NCBI GenBank assembly: GCA_943349945.1
Contig: CALQZS010000001.1
Span: 130,803-194,802, forward strand
Length of the DNA: 64,000 nucleotides
Reading direction: 5' to 3'
Origin: Candidatus Nomurabacteria bacterium
GTDB taxonomy: Bacteria; Patescibacteriota; Minisyncoccia; Phycocordibacterales; SBAW01
Part shown: piece after piece, positions 1 through 9,758 of the stretch
Numbering within the stretch: the stretch's first letter is position 1
Layout of the letters: each line of letters begins with the position of its first letter
Made by a program: the position numbers and the translations under genes
Notes under the pieces: model-generated
What the model was told of the DNA's origin: nothing
The model's input: the letters and a program-made list of their open reading frames with translations, nothing else
The model's database searches: none

Positions 1-472
1 CTTCCAGCTTACGGTCACCGTTACTGACTGCTCGTCCGTGTTGCTTGCTACAGAAGAAATAGTAACTTTGCGGGTAAAGATGGTTGGCTTAATCGTATCT
101 GTGGAGACCGTGGAGTCGTACGTGTACCAACTTTTTGTTTCGTTGTAGTTAAGTACAGGACACGTGCCGGTGCAAGCTACAATGGTATTTTCCCGAGAGT
201 CTACGCGGCAACCATCCGCCCCTGTGCATCCACCCATACCAGCCAAGTAGTCGAGATCTTTTAGTTTGTTAGTGTCGCGCACAAACCGCATATATTCCAC
301 TGCATCCTGCGCCAAGAAAAATGCGATGGTCTGGTCTTTAGCGATAAGTGCCGAGCTCATGGCCTTGGCCGCAATGGTCAAAGGCGCCGCCAAAGACACC
401 GCCAAAATAAGCACCGCGAGCAGTGTTTCAATAAGAGTGAATCCCCGTGCCGCACGCTCTGTATGTGTGTGA
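1..472 (-). CDS. prepilin-type pilin/pseudopilin, partial (3' end beyond window)
   Basis: Minus-strand ATG at 470-472 gives MISNHTHTERAARGFTLIETLLAVLILAVSL..., a class III signal peptide (G/FTLIE motif). Reading frame stays open to position 1. Not in the ORF track because no stop is in the window. Confidence 0.55.
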
Positions 473-1078
473 TTAGAGATCATAAATGCGTTGGGTCACA
501 CTTGTTTGTAAATTAAACCACGATCTTTGCGTCGACTTTATCACCACGTACGCCCGTACCAAAATAGTGACCTTGGGTTGCGTGGTGTCAGCCGACGCCG
601 CTTGCTTGGGCTCTGCACCGGTTACATAAAAGCTCAAGTTCTCGACCACAATGTCCGGAGCCGTCAGCGGCAAAAACACCGACGATGCACAGTTGGTACT
701 GAGCGACCCCGGAACACCTGCCTGTATCACTTGCCGCTTTATCGCCCCATCATCAAAACAGTAGGCAACCTTGGCACCATCTGCCGCAACAAACGCTATG
801 TAGGTACCCGGCGTGGTGCCGCTTGCCCCACCCGCACCACAGTCTTTGGGTGTCGCCAGGGTACCTCCGGTGGTGCAGTGGTAGTTAGTGCCGGTGCGCA
901 GTGCGCGCGACATACTGTCGAGCGCGAAGCTCACGTTGTTTATAGATGCATTCAGCAAGTCGGCTTTGCGATTTGCTTCAGAGAGCGAGAGTAGGGCGCC
1001 CAGTGCAATAACCATCACCACAGTAAACACTGCGGTCGACACCAAAAGTTCTATCAAAGTAAATCCGCGTTTTATCAT
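473..1078 (-). CDS. type IV pilin-like protein (prepilin N-terminal methylation domain)
   Basis: [22 protein letters not shown]..., a canonical prepilin leader plus hydrophobic helix. Confidence 0.8.
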   Translation of the reverse strand: MIKRGFTLIELLVSTAVFTVVMVIALGALLSLSEANRKADLLNASINNVSFALDSMSRALRTGTNYHCTTGGTLATPKDCGAGGASGTTPGTYIAFVAADGAKVAYCFDDGAIKRQVIQAGVPGSLSTNCASSVFLPLTAPDIVVENLSFYVTGAEPKQAASADTTQPKVTILVRAYVVIKSTQRSWFNLQTSVTQRIYDL

Positions 1079-1722
1079 ATAGGGTCGGTATTAGGCGCCA
1101 ACACACTCACCTGGCCTGTTGCATACACAAGTACGTTGCGGTAGGTGCCTTCATTGGAGCGTATCTGAATATATGCGCTTGCATACAACTCGCCAGGGAA
1201 TGCGCTTCCTCCTGCATTGAGCAGCAAAAACTGTGCATCAGGATTGGGACGTTTAAACAAAATCTGGAGCGACCCCACAGCACTGTCACCCGGCGAGCAG
1301 TGGTAGTTTGAGGCAAGTCGAGCGCACAACTTGCTGATGCGGTAGTTGTTGCCCAACGAAAATACTTTTATCTCTTCGCCCGCATCGTATCTGCCGTTTA
1401 CGGGAGCTTGGTCGGCAAACAGTGTGTAGTAGTCATTATCAGTTGCAGAAAAATGTACGCCGTATGCAGGGGCAAACGCGGTGTCGCTTGCGCCGGTACC
1501 CAGCACACTAGTGCCGTACACTTGCGCTTGCCGCACCGACAACGCGGTGCTGTAGGCCAAGCTGCGCAAAATGGTGGCACTATCAAACCGCGACTGCTGG
1601 AACAAAAACACCGCAGTCAAAATCATAATGATTGCCGCGACCACAAGCATCTCTATCAAGGTGAATCCGGCACAGACGGCGCGTTTACCAAAGAAGCGAG
1701 ATTGTTGAGAAGAAATTAACAT
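1075..1722 (-). CDS. type IV pilin-like protein
   Basis: Internal ATG at 1720-1722 gives MLISSQQSRFFGKRAVCAGFTLIEMLVVAAIIMIL.... The track ORF 1075..2079 carries a spurious Cys/Arg-rich N-terminus and overlaps pilD. Confidence 0.7.
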   Translation of the reverse strand: MLISSQQSRFFGKRAVCAGFTLIEMLVVAAIIMILTAVFLFQQSRFDSATILRSLAYSTALSVRQAQVYGTSVLGTGASDTAFAPAYGVHFSATDNDYYTLFADQAPVNGRYDAGEEIKVFSLGNNYRISKLCARLASNYHCSPGDSAVGSLQILFKRPNPDAQFLLLNAGGSAFPGELYASAYIQIRSNEGTYRNVLVYATGQVSVLAPNTDPI

Positions 1723-2503
1723 TGAAAAAATATACGAGCGCCGCACCAGCAGCCAAGAACGGTGCAAACGGTATCTCGCTCTTAATTGTAAGCTGCCCGC
1801 CAGGCAAATGAAAGGCTTTTTGTAGCCACACTGTGGAAGAGTGTTTGCTCTGTGCCAAACGCTGCAACGCCATGAGTAACAGTCCAGCAGCAGCCCCAAA
1901 CCACACCGCAAGCATGAGCGCAGTGAGCCCCATAGACAACCCAAGCAGCCAGCCCAAAGACAATTCAAACGCACTGTCCCCCCACCCCATCCACGTGCCG
2001 CGCGATACCAGCGAAAGCAGGAACAGGGGCAAAGCCAACAAAGGCCCGGCAAGCAGCGCCCACATGTCCGGCGCACCACCTACAAACAAAGACACGAACG
2101 CGACACCCATAAGCGTGAGCGAGAAGGTCCACGGTATTATGGTGTGCCGCAAATCATACACGCCAATAAACAGTATGGTGAGCCACGCAAACAAGAACAG
2201 CGTGTACAACCCTGGAGTCGGCGAGACGAAGTACACACCAACAGACAGTAGTGCGGCACACACTTCAACAAGCGGGTACTGAGGCGACAACTTTGCCCCG
2301 CAGTAGCGGCACTTGCCGCCAAGCCACACATACGAGAGCACCGGCACCAAGTCTTTGGCTGCAAGCGTATGCCCACAGCACATACACCGAGACCGTCCGC
2401 CCATGCCGCGGCCCGTGTTAAAGCGGAAAGACAGGGCGTTTAAAAAACTCCCCAGTATGGCGCCAAGTACCGCTGCCGCCACTACCAACAATGGGTCATG
2501 CAT
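1685..2503 (-). CDS. pilD: prepilin peptidase (A24 family)
   Basis: N-terminal CxxC...CxxC zinc-binding motif, multiple TM segments, and the GWGD-like aspartyl protease motif (WMGWGDS). Confidence 0.85.
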   Translation of the reverse strand: MHDPLLVVAAAVLGAILGSFLNALSFRFNTGRGMGGRSRCMCCGHTLAAKDLVPVLSYVWLGGKCRYCGAKLSPQYPLVEVCAALLSVGVYFVSPTPGLYTLFLFAWLTILFIGVYDLRHTIIPWTFSLTLMGVAFVSLFVGGAPDMWALLAGPLLALPLFLLSLVSRGTWMGWGDSAFELSLGWLLGLSMGLTALMLAVWFGAAAGLLLMALQRLAQSKHSSTVWLQKAFHLPGGQLTIKSEIPFAPFLAAGAALVYFFNVNFFSTISLLW

Positions 2504-2511
2504 ACTAGTGG

Positions 2512-3114
2512 CTAGTTGGTTACGTCGTAGCAGGTCTCGGGATTAGTGGTGCCTGGTGCTGCTGCGCCCGCAGCACCCGAACACATCTTAGGCGTAGCGG
2601 TGTAGCTCAAGCCAGAAAAGTCGCTGTTTACGCTAGTCGAGCATTGCGAGTATGCAACACCGCCCACGGTTGGGTTTGCAGCCTGGTCGGCATCTTGCAG
2701 GAGACTCGCATTGTTAGACAACTCAAGCGAGGCGCCAAGGTGGTACCTGTCGGACAAAGAACAAGAGCCCCCCGCAGGAGAAAGCGCCGCATATATATAG
2801 CAACTTACTTGTGTACCGCTGGTACAAGCGGCACTACTGTTTGGGTCGCTAGGTACTGTAGCTAGATATACTGATGTTTTGTTGAGCGAGCCGTTGGCCG
2901 TGCCATATACGCTAGTTGGGTACGACAAGTTGTCGCTATAGTACGTCTCGAGCGCAAGCTGAATTGTTTTCACATCCACAATACGTCGCGCGTCGCGCGC
3001 CTTTTGTCGTGCAGTCACCAAAGACACCATCACCACCGAAGACAAGATGCCGATAATAGCAATTACCACCAGGAGCTCTATAAGAGTAAAACCTCTTTGC
3101 TTTTTTATACGCAT
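2512..3114 (-). CDS. type IV pilin
   Basis: ATG at 3112-3114 gives [28 protein letters not shown].... The upstream extension in the track ORF is probably spurious. Confidence 0.8.
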   Translation of the reverse strand: MRIKKQRGFTLIELLVVIAIIGILSSVVMVSLVTARQKARDARRIVDVKTIQLALETYYSDNLSYPTSVYGTANGSLNKTSVYLATVPSDPNSSAACTSGTQVSCYIYAALSPAGGSCSLSDRYHLGASLELSNNASLLQDADQAANPTVGGVAYSQCSTSVNSDFSGLSYTATPKMCSGAAGAAAPGTTNPETCYDVTN

Positions 3115-3195
3115 ATACATACCCACAAGTATACCCCCAAAATCAAAATCCCCACCGCAAGGGTGGGGATTTTGCATACACAAGAGTGCGAGTGC

Positions 3196-3723
3196 TTAGC
3201 AGCCAGCAACTACGCTGCCGCCAGTGCCGCTACTGACATGTACTGAGCCAAAAGTTGCTGCAGTACCTCCGTAAGTAACGTTACCTGCCTCTAGCACTGT
3301 GCAGATTTTGTAGTTTTGGGTTGTTGCACCTGCTGCAGGCGCTGCACCTACCGCTGTGTCTGTACCTATAACGTACTGACATGCTGCTGATGCAACTGCG
3401 CTACTTGCCGCTGGTGCACATGCTGTACCTGCTGTACCTACTGTTGGGTCTCCATATGCAGAGAAGCTTACAGGACTTGGGCCAGTACAGGTGTTTGCTT
3501 TTGCACTTGCGCCTGTGCAGGTTGCCAAGGCAACTGCGGGGTCAGTGTCGGCAAGCTGTATTGCCTTTGCCATTTCTTTAAGTGACGAGACGCGTTCTGC
3601 ATCACGTGCCTTGCCGCGAGCACTATTAAGAGAAACCAGCACAATAGATGCCAAGATACCGATGATGGCGATAACCACCAAGAGTTCTATAAGGGTGAAA
3701 CCTTTCGTAAACGTTTTGCGCAT
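3196..3723 (-). CDS. type IV pilin (major pilin candidate, Ala/Gly/Thr-rich C-terminal domain with Cys pairs)
   Basis: [28 protein letters not shown].... Confidence 0.8.
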   Translation of the reverse strand: MRKTFTKGFTLIELLVVIAIIGILASIVLVSLNSARGKARDAERVSSLKEMAKAIQLADTDPAVALATCTGASAKANTCTGPSPVSFSAYGDPTVGTAGTACAPAASSAVASAACQYVIGTDTAVGAAPAAGATTQNYKICTVLEAGNVTYGGTAATFGSVHVSSGTGGSVVAGC

Positions 3724-3828
3724 AGAAATCTTCTATTTATTAATAATCTGCCATTAATAGTGACTCGCAGATATGCCGTAAGTATATCCTACCCCGCTTT
3801 GCCGCCAGGCCGCTTGTGTGGATAAGCC

Positions 3829-3872
3829 CACCCGCGGGTTAAACCCGCAGGTGGAATGTGTGGTGTAATATA
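3829..3872. repeat. REP-like palindromic repeat, family A (left copy)
   Basis: cacccgcgggttaaacccgcaggtggaatgtgtggtgtaatata contains the palindrome gcgggtt-a-aacccgc. A near-identical copy lies at 4575-4618. Confidence 0.6.
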
Positions 3873-3875
3873 CTT

Positions 3876-4556
3876 ATGTCAAATCGGGCACCCATAGCCA
3901 CGGGCGAGTGGTACCATTGCTACACTCGCGGAGTGGACAAGCGTATCGTCTTTGAAACCCGATCTGACTATGAGCGTTTCTTGGCATACCTTTATATAGG
4001 AAACGGTACCAACCTGCTCCGTCTTTCAAACATACAAGACAAGCGTTTGGTGTCCGTACTCACCAATACACGTCTGCAGCGCGGAGAGCCCTTGGTCGAC
4101 ATAGGCGCATACACCCTTATGCCTAATCATGCGCATTTTATATTACGACAAACACACGACCAGGGCATCGCCACCTTTATGCAGCGAGTTTTTACTGGAT
4201 ATACACAATACTTCAACAACAAACACGAACGGACGGGAGCGCTCTTTTCAGGAACATACAAGTCGAAACACATACTGGACGACCGCTATCTAAAGCAAGT
4301 AACTGCCTATGTATTGCTAAACCCGGTGGAATTATTTGAACCCGCATGGAAAGAAGGAGTGGGCAACTTGAACCACATCGAAAAACAGGTTCGCACCTAT
4401 CCTTATTCTAGTCTCGTTGATTTTTATGGGTCACAGCGCCCAGAAAGCAGTATCACGACAAACACGCTGCACGCGTACTATGATCAGCGTCCTAGCCTTA
4501 CAGACATGCTTGCGGACGCGCAGGCATTTTATAGAGAACACGAGCCTAAAGCTTGA
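3876..4556 (+). CDS. REP-associated tyrosine transposase-like (RAYT, IS200/IS605-family Y1 HUH) protein
   Basis: HUH motif YTLMPNHAHFIL with a catalytic-Tyr region. It is flanked by family-A REPs. The start is probably MSNRAPIATGEWYH at 3876. Confidence 0.75.
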   Translation: MSNRAPIATGEWYHCYTRGVDKRIVFETRSDYERFLAYLYIGNGTNLLRLSNIQDKRLVSVLTNTRLQRGEPLVDIGAYTLMPNHAHFILRQTHDQGIATFMQRVFTGYTQYFNNKHERTGALFSGTYKSKHILDDRYLKQVTAYVLLNPVELFEPAWKEGVGNLNHIEKQVRTYPYSSLVDFYGSQRPESSITTNTLHAYYDQRPSLTDMLADAQAFYREHEPKA

Positions 4557-4574
4557 AACACCGCCCGCTCCCCC

Positions 4575-4618
4575 ACCTGCGGGTTAAACCAGCAGGTGAA
4601 ATGTGTGGTGTAATATAT
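4575..4618. repeat. REP-like palindromic repeat, family A (right copy)
   Basis: cacctgcgggttaaaccagcaggtgaaatgtgtggtgtaatata, a direct repeat of 3829-3872. Confidence 0.6.
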
Positions 4619-4655
4619 TTTGAGAAGTAAAAAGGGAGGGGTTGTTTGTGTTGTG

Positions 4656-5870
4656 CTAGATGCTGGTGGTGCTGCTGTAGATAGGGAGCAAGACTGCCGC
4701 CAACAAAAAGCCCACACCCACCGCAAGCGCCACAATAAGCACAGGTTCGATGAGCGACACCAAAGTGTCGACCGCTGCATTTACCTCGCGGTTATAGAAC
4801 TTGGCCATACGCTCCAAAATGTTGCCCAACTCGCCTGTTTCTTCACCGATCTGGAGCATCTGCACCATAATGGCTGGTATTTCGTCTGGATATTGCGCAA
4901 GCGTCTGCGACATAGGACTACCGGCCTTCACTCCTTCGAGCGCTTCGAGCAAAATGGTTTGGTAGACTGCGTTTTCTATAACTGACGAAGTGATTTCGAG
5001 TGAGCGTACTGCCGATATACCGGAAGACAACATCACATGCATGTTGTCTGCAAAGCGAGACAGGTAGAGTTTTTGGTAGAGTGTGCCCACGTACGGAATA
5101 GAGAGCTTTGCACGCGCCATACTAAGTCGTCCACGCGGCGTCTGGCTGTAGCGATACAAAAAGTATCCGCCGATAATAAGCGCCACGAACAAGAATATGC
5201 CATAGTCGGTCAAAAACGCACTAAAGCCAAGTATGACTTTGGTGTATACGGGCAACTCCTGCCCACTTTCCGACAAAATAGAACCTATTTTTGGAATAAC
5301 CACCGTAAGCATCAGCGTCATCACCGCAAAGAAAGTAAAGAGAATGAACGCCGGGTAGATGAGCGCATTGCGAGCCTTGGAAGTCAGCTCGTAGGAGCGG
5401 TCTATGTAGTCGGCCAAAAATTGGAAGGTCTGGTCGAGCTTGCCGGACTCCTCGCCTGCACGAACCATGTTGACATAAAAGTCAGAAAAAACTTTAGGGT
5501 GCTTTACCAGCGCTTTGGAGATGCTGTTACCCGCCTGCAAGTCGTCGCTTATTTCGGTAAGAACCGTGCGCAAGTAGGGCTTTTCTGCCTGCTCGGCCAA
5601 CAAACGGAAAATACGCAGTGCAGAAACTTGCGCCTCGAACAAGGTCGCCAACTGGCGAGAAAGGAGCACCACATCGCGGCCAGTTACGCCGCCAAAAAAT
5701 GGCAGCTGCACGGTCAAACCATGTAGTCCTTTTGGCGCATCGCTGGTGAGCGCCGTGATGGTAAATCCTTTGCGCTGCAGCGACTCAATAGCCGCGTCTT
5801 GTGTGGCAGCGTTTACTACACCGGCTTGTGCCTTTCCTGCTTGGTCGAGTGCTTCGTATTTAAATTCCAT
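4656..5870 (-). CDS. pilC: type IV pilus assembly inner-membrane platform protein (GspF/PilC family)
   Basis: 404 aa with two T2SSF-like domains and a TM topology typical of PilC. Confidence 0.9.
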   Translation of the reverse strand: MEFKYEALDQAGKAQAGVVNAATQDAAIESLQRKGFTITALTSDAPKGLHGLTVQLPFFGGVTGRDVVLLSRQLATLFEAQVSALRIFRLLAEQAEKPYLRTVLTEISDDLQAGNSISKALVKHPKVFSDFYVNMVRAGEESGKLDQTFQFLADYIDRSYELTSKARNALIYPAFILFTFFAVMTLMLTVVIPKIGSILSESGQELPVYTKVILGFSAFLTDYGIFLFVALIIGGYFLYRYSQTPRGRLSMARAKLSIPYVGTLYQKLYLSRFADNMHVMLSSGISAVRSLEITSSVIENAVYQTILLEALEGVKAGSPMSQTLAQYPDEIPAIMVQMLQIGEETGELGNILERMAKFYNREVNAAVDTLVSLIEPVLIVALAVGVGFLLAAVLLPIYSSTTSI

Positions 5871-5907
5871 AAATCTGTGCTAAGTGAGTGAAATAAACAT
5901 GCTTCGA

Positions 5908-6975
5908 TTATAACAGCCGCTCAAGGGTCTTTGGATTCCAACTAAGGTTGTATGCGCTCTCGACTGTTATCTCGCCTGCACGCACAAGTTCTGCAAGAGA
6001 GCGGTTCATGTCTATCATACCCTCTTCGGCACCGGTCTCTATCACCGTCTGGAGTTCGTGCGTGCGCTTTTCTCGGATAAGGTTGGCGACTGCGTTGTTG
6101 TTTATAAGCAGCTCGCACGCAGGCACCAGCCCGCCAGAAATGCGCGGCACCAAACGCTGCGAAAAGATACCTGCCAACGACCCCGCCAGCTGGATACGAA
6201 TTTGGTCTTGTTGCCCCGCGGGGAACGAGTCGATGATGCGGTCGATGGTTTGTGCTGCGTTGTTGGTGTGGAGTGTTGAAAACACCAAGTGCCCCGTCTC
6301 GGCGGCAGTTACGGCTGTGGCCATGGTCTCGGGCGTGCGCATCTCACCTATCATCAACACGTTTGCATCCTGACGAAACACCGAGCGCAGCGCCGAGTCA
6401 AAGTCGGCCGTGTCCACACGAACCTCGCGCTGGTCTATGAGTGACTTTTTATTTTCGAACAAGTATTCAATAGGGTCTTCTATGGTGACAATATGCTCGG
6501 TACGTTCGGTGTTTATCTTCTCGAGCAATGCAGCAAGTGTCGTAGTTTTACCCATACCCACCGGCCCCACCACCAAAAAGAACCCCTGTTTGCGTGACGC
6601 AAACGTCTCCAAAATTGGAGGCAACCCAAGCTCGCTGAGCGAGCGTATTACCTTGGGGATAAGACGCAGCGCCACGGCGACGTGCCCGCGCTCGACAAAC
6701 CCGTTGCCACGGAAGCGCGTTTTTTCTTGGTGCGAGTAGGAAAAGTCTATTTCTTGTGTCTCTAAAAAGCGTTTTTTGTGCTCGGGGCTCAACATCTCCG
6801 ATAACAGGCCGATAATTTCGTCGTTCGTTAAGACCGACTCAGACAAAATAGGTGTCAGCGCACCCGACACACGTATGATGGGTTGTGCACCCACAGACAA
6901 GTGCAAGTCCGAAGCACCTTGCGCGACCAACAAATCAACCAACTCTGCTACTTTCTTTTTAAAATCAGTTATCAT
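5908..6975 (-). CDS. pilT: twitching motility ATPase PilT
   Basis: 355 aa with Walker A GPVGMGKTTT in a PilT-like AAA+ secretion ATPase. Confidence 0.9.
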   Translation of the reverse strand: MITDFKKKVAELVDLLVAQGASDLHLSVGAQPIIRVSGALTPILSESVLTNDEIIGLLSEMLSPEHKKRFLETQEIDFSYSHQEKTRFRGNGFVERGHVAVALRLIPKVIRSLSELGLPPILETFASRKQGFFLVVGPVGMGKTTTLAALLEKINTERTEHIVTIEDPIEYLFENKKSLIDQREVRVDTADFDSALRSVFRQDANVLMIGEMRTPETMATAVTAAETGHLVFSTLHTNNAAQTIDRIIDSFPAGQQDQIRIQLAGSLAGIFSQRLVPRISGGLVPACELLINNNAVANLIREKRTHELQTVIETGAEEGMIDMNRSLAELVRAGEITVESAYNLSWNPKTLERLL

Positions 6976-8846
6976 ACTTGGACTTCTTTTACATTTTCAT
7001 CAGGGATATCTTCTTCTCTTAGTGCTTCTGGCTTGGCGACAGGTTGTTCCAGTGGCGGAGCTTCATCTGCCAAGTCGTACTCGCCGCCGAGTGTGTTCAC
7101 TTCTTCAAACGGAATAACCCCTTTGGCTGATTTTATAATAGCATCTTCTTTCATTGTAAACATGCCACTTTTGCGCACTGTTGCGAACATCTCTTCTTCG
7201 GGTTTGTTGGCAAGTATGGCACGCTCAAGTTCTGGATTCATCTCAAATGCCTCAAACACCGCAATACGGCCCTTGGTACCCGTTGGGCAGTCGGCTGTAG
7301 GGTTTAGGCGATACACTTCGTCTAGTGGAGGAATATTTTTTTCGTATGCAGGAGGTAAGTCGGCAAACTCTTTTTTAAACATCTCTTGCATACTGGCATC
7401 GACCTTCATCTTTTTGCCACCGCCCGGGCACAAGGTGCGCACCAAACGCTGCGCCATGCCCAAAATAAGCACCGGAGGTATAAGGTAGGGCTCGATACCC
7501 ATGTCGAGCAAGCGAGGCACAATACCCACAGCGTTGTTGGTGTGGATGGTAGACAACACAAGGTGGCCGGTGAGCGCGGCTTGCACAGCCAAGTCTGCTG
7601 TCTCACTGTCGCGGATCTCGCCGACCATGATGATGTTTGGGTCTTGGCGGAGTGTAGTGCGGAGCCCTGTGGCAAACGTGTAGCCAATTTCGGGCCGCAC
7701 CTGACTTTGCGACACGCCGGGTATGGTGTATTCCACCGGGTCTTCAAGCGACAGCACGTTCTGCCTTTCTCGGTCTATCTCGTTCAAAATCGCATAGAGT
7801 GTGGTGGATTTACCCGAACCGGTTGGCCCCGACACCAGCACGAGCCCGTAGGGTTTTTTAATTGCTGCGCGTATAAGCGCCAAGTCGCGGTCAGAAAACC
7901 CAAGACTGTCCAACCGCAGGTCCTTTGCGGCCGAACCCAAAATACGCATCACCACCTTTTCGCCATAGTACGTGGGGAATGTGGATACACGGAAGTCTAC
8001 TTTGTTGCCGCCCACCCGGGCAGAAAAGCGGCCGTCTTGCGGTTTGCGTTTTTCGTCGAGTCGCATGTTGGAAAGCACCTTAATACGTGCCACCACCGAG
8101 CTGTGTACCTTGGACGGCAAGGTGATGTTGACTATGAGCACACCGTCGATACGAAACCGCACCCGTGTTTGGTCGACCATAGGCTCAATGTGGATGTCGG
8201 ACGCGCGCTGCTCGGCAGCATGGCGCAGCACCGTAGCCACAATCTTGGTTACCGGTGCGTCTTCGGTAATAGCGGCAGCTTCGGTGTCGGTTATCTGGTC
8301 TTCTTCGACCGATATGTTGCGTTTGTCATTCTTTCCCAGCTTCTTAGCGTCTACTCCTATTTCTGTCTCTAGCTCGCTCAGTGCTTTGCCCACTTCGCCC
8401 GAGAGACCTTTGTACTGTGTGAGCAGTTTTTCGAAGTCGGTTTCGTTTATCAAAAAAACTTTGTACGGCATGCCCACCTTGGCCGAAATAAAAGACAAGG
8501 CGTCCCGCGCCTCCAAGTTGTCTGGGTCGGTGACCCCAACCTCAAGCACGCCGTCGGCGAGCCCCAAAGGGGCGAGCCTGTAGTGCCGCGCCGACTCCTC
8601 GGGTATGTAGCCCAAAATATCAAACGGCACCGACCTGTCGCCCAACTCGCGCGTCGGCACACCAAAATAGTCTCCCTTGGCTTTAAGCAGCGCCGCCGGG
8701 GTAATACCCGCAGTTTCAAGCGCCAACTCTGTCTTAGCCGGAGAGTCCCCTGCCGCGGTTTTTGACTTACTTAAAGTGGCGCGCAGCTCGGTAGCCCGAG
8801 CTTTGTCCACGACGCCGCCTTCTTCCAAAACAGTTACCAGATCCAT
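6972..8846 (-). CDS. pilB: type IV pilus assembly ATPase PilB (GspE family)
   Basis: 624 aa with Walker A GPTGSGKSTTL and an N-terminal GspE_N-like region. It overlaps pilT by 4 nt. Confidence 0.9.
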   Translation of the reverse strand: MDLVTVLEEGGVVDKARATELRATLSKSKTAAGDSPAKTELALETAGITPAALLKAKGDYFGVPTRELGDRSVPFDILGYIPEESARHYRLAPLGLADGVLEVGVTDPDNLEARDALSFISAKVGMPYKVFLINETDFEKLLTQYKGLSGEVGKALSELETEIGVDAKKLGKNDKRNISVEEDQITDTEAAAITEDAPVTKIVATVLRHAAEQRASDIHIEPMVDQTRVRFRIDGVLIVNITLPSKVHSSVVARIKVLSNMRLDEKRKPQDGRFSARVGGNKVDFRVSTFPTYYGEKVVMRILGSAAKDLRLDSLGFSDRDLALIRAAIKKPYGLVLVSGPTGSGKSTTLYAILNEIDRERQNVLSLEDPVEYTIPGVSQSQVRPEIGYTFATGLRTTLRQDPNIIMVGEIRDSETADLAVQAALTGHLVLSTIHTNNAVGIVPRLLDMGIEPYLIPPVLILGMAQRLVRTLCPGGGKKMKVDASMQEMFKKEFADLPPAYEKNIPPLDEVYRLNPTADCPTGTKGRIAVFEAFEMNPELERAILANKPEEEMFATVRKSGMFTMKEDAIIKSAKGVIPFEEVNTLGGEYDLADEAPPLEQPVAKPEALREEDIPDENVKEVQV

Positions 8847-8852
8847 AGGCGG

Positions 8853-9197
8853 CTAGTAGGCGTTAAGTGGCCGTATTGAAGAATTTGTTGGACCAACTGC
8901 CGTGTACGGCAAGAATGGATTTCGACGACCAATAGGCTCTTGCGGGATAACTACACCAAAGTCGCTCAAAGACATAAAGATTGGGTCTCTAAAAATGGCA
9001 TCATTGAGCTCTATAGAGCGCAAGTTCGACAGTGTAACCAGCAGCTCTTGCGTAACCGGTGATGCTCCGGTTACATCTGTCTCGGTCAAAAGCGAGTCTG
9101 TGCTGCTTGCGGCAAATACAAAGTAGTAGAGCAACACCCCAAGCCCCAGCACCGCTGCGCCTGAAAGTAGTTTGTTTTGTTTGATAAAATCAATCAT
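8853..9197 (-). CDS. small membrane protein in the type IV pilus operon (function unknown; PilP-like position)
   Basis: 114 aa with a single N-terminal TM helix, lying between pilO and pilB. Confidence 0.4.
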   Translation of the reverse strand: MIDFIKQNKLLSGAAVLGLGVLLYYFVFAASSTDSLLTETDVTGASPVTQELLVTLSNLRSIELNDAIFRDPIFMSLSDFGVVIPQEPIGRRNPFLPYTAVGPTNSSIRPLNAY

Positions 9198-9200
9198 ATA

Positions 9201-9752
9201 TTACTGTAGCCAATAGGTACGGATAGTAAATTCATAGCTATTGCGTATAGCGCTCTCTGCACTAAAGTTTACCTCTATCACATCCACGATGCGCAAACTG
9301 TGCTCGAGGTCTTGCAAAAATGCCAGGTAACCGTCGTAGTCTGCAAGCAAGGTAAAGCCCACTTCCACCGAGCCAATTGGATCCCCTGAAGATCCAACGG
9401 CGCCGTCTGCACGCGGTGCGCTGCGGTCTGATATCTCGCCAAGCGACACGTCGGTCAAGGTTAGGTTGTGTCGCACGGCAATGTTGTTGATGTCTATGAT
9501 GAGTCGGATGTTGTCGACGTTGTCGGGCAGCATGCGTTCAAGCTTGACCACATCGCTGTTGGCAAAGGCATTACGCTTTTGGAGCAAGGTGTCACGTACC
9601 GTCCGCAGCTCTTGCGCTTTGACCAGCGCGTCTTCATACGCGTCCGCCTGCACCGCCAAAGGCTGTGTGCTTTTGTACACCGGGTTGGTATACATCACAA
9701 AGAGGCCTATAGCGGCTATGACGAGTATGAGAGGTATAAAAAATCGTGCCAT
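9201..9752 (-). CDS. pilO: type IV pilus assembly protein PilO-like
   Basis: 183 aa with an N-terminal TM helix and a coiled-coil, positioned between the pilN-like gene and pilB. Confidence 0.6.
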   Translation of the reverse strand: MARFFIPLILVIAAIGLFVMYTNPVYKSTQPLAVQADAYEDALVKAQELRTVRDTLLQKRNAFANSDVVKLERMLPDNVDNIRLIIDINNIAVRHNLTLTDVSLGEISDRSAPRADGAVGSSGDPIGSVEVGFTLLADYDGYLAFLQDLEHSLRIVDVIEVNFSAESAIRNSYEFTIRTYWLQ

Positions 9753-9758
9753 ATAATT

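Noticed and set aside
1723-2079. Cys/Arg-rich N-terminal 119 codons of track ORF 1075..2079
   Set aside because: Low-complexity. They overlap pilD out of frame. An internal ATG gives a canonical prepilin start.
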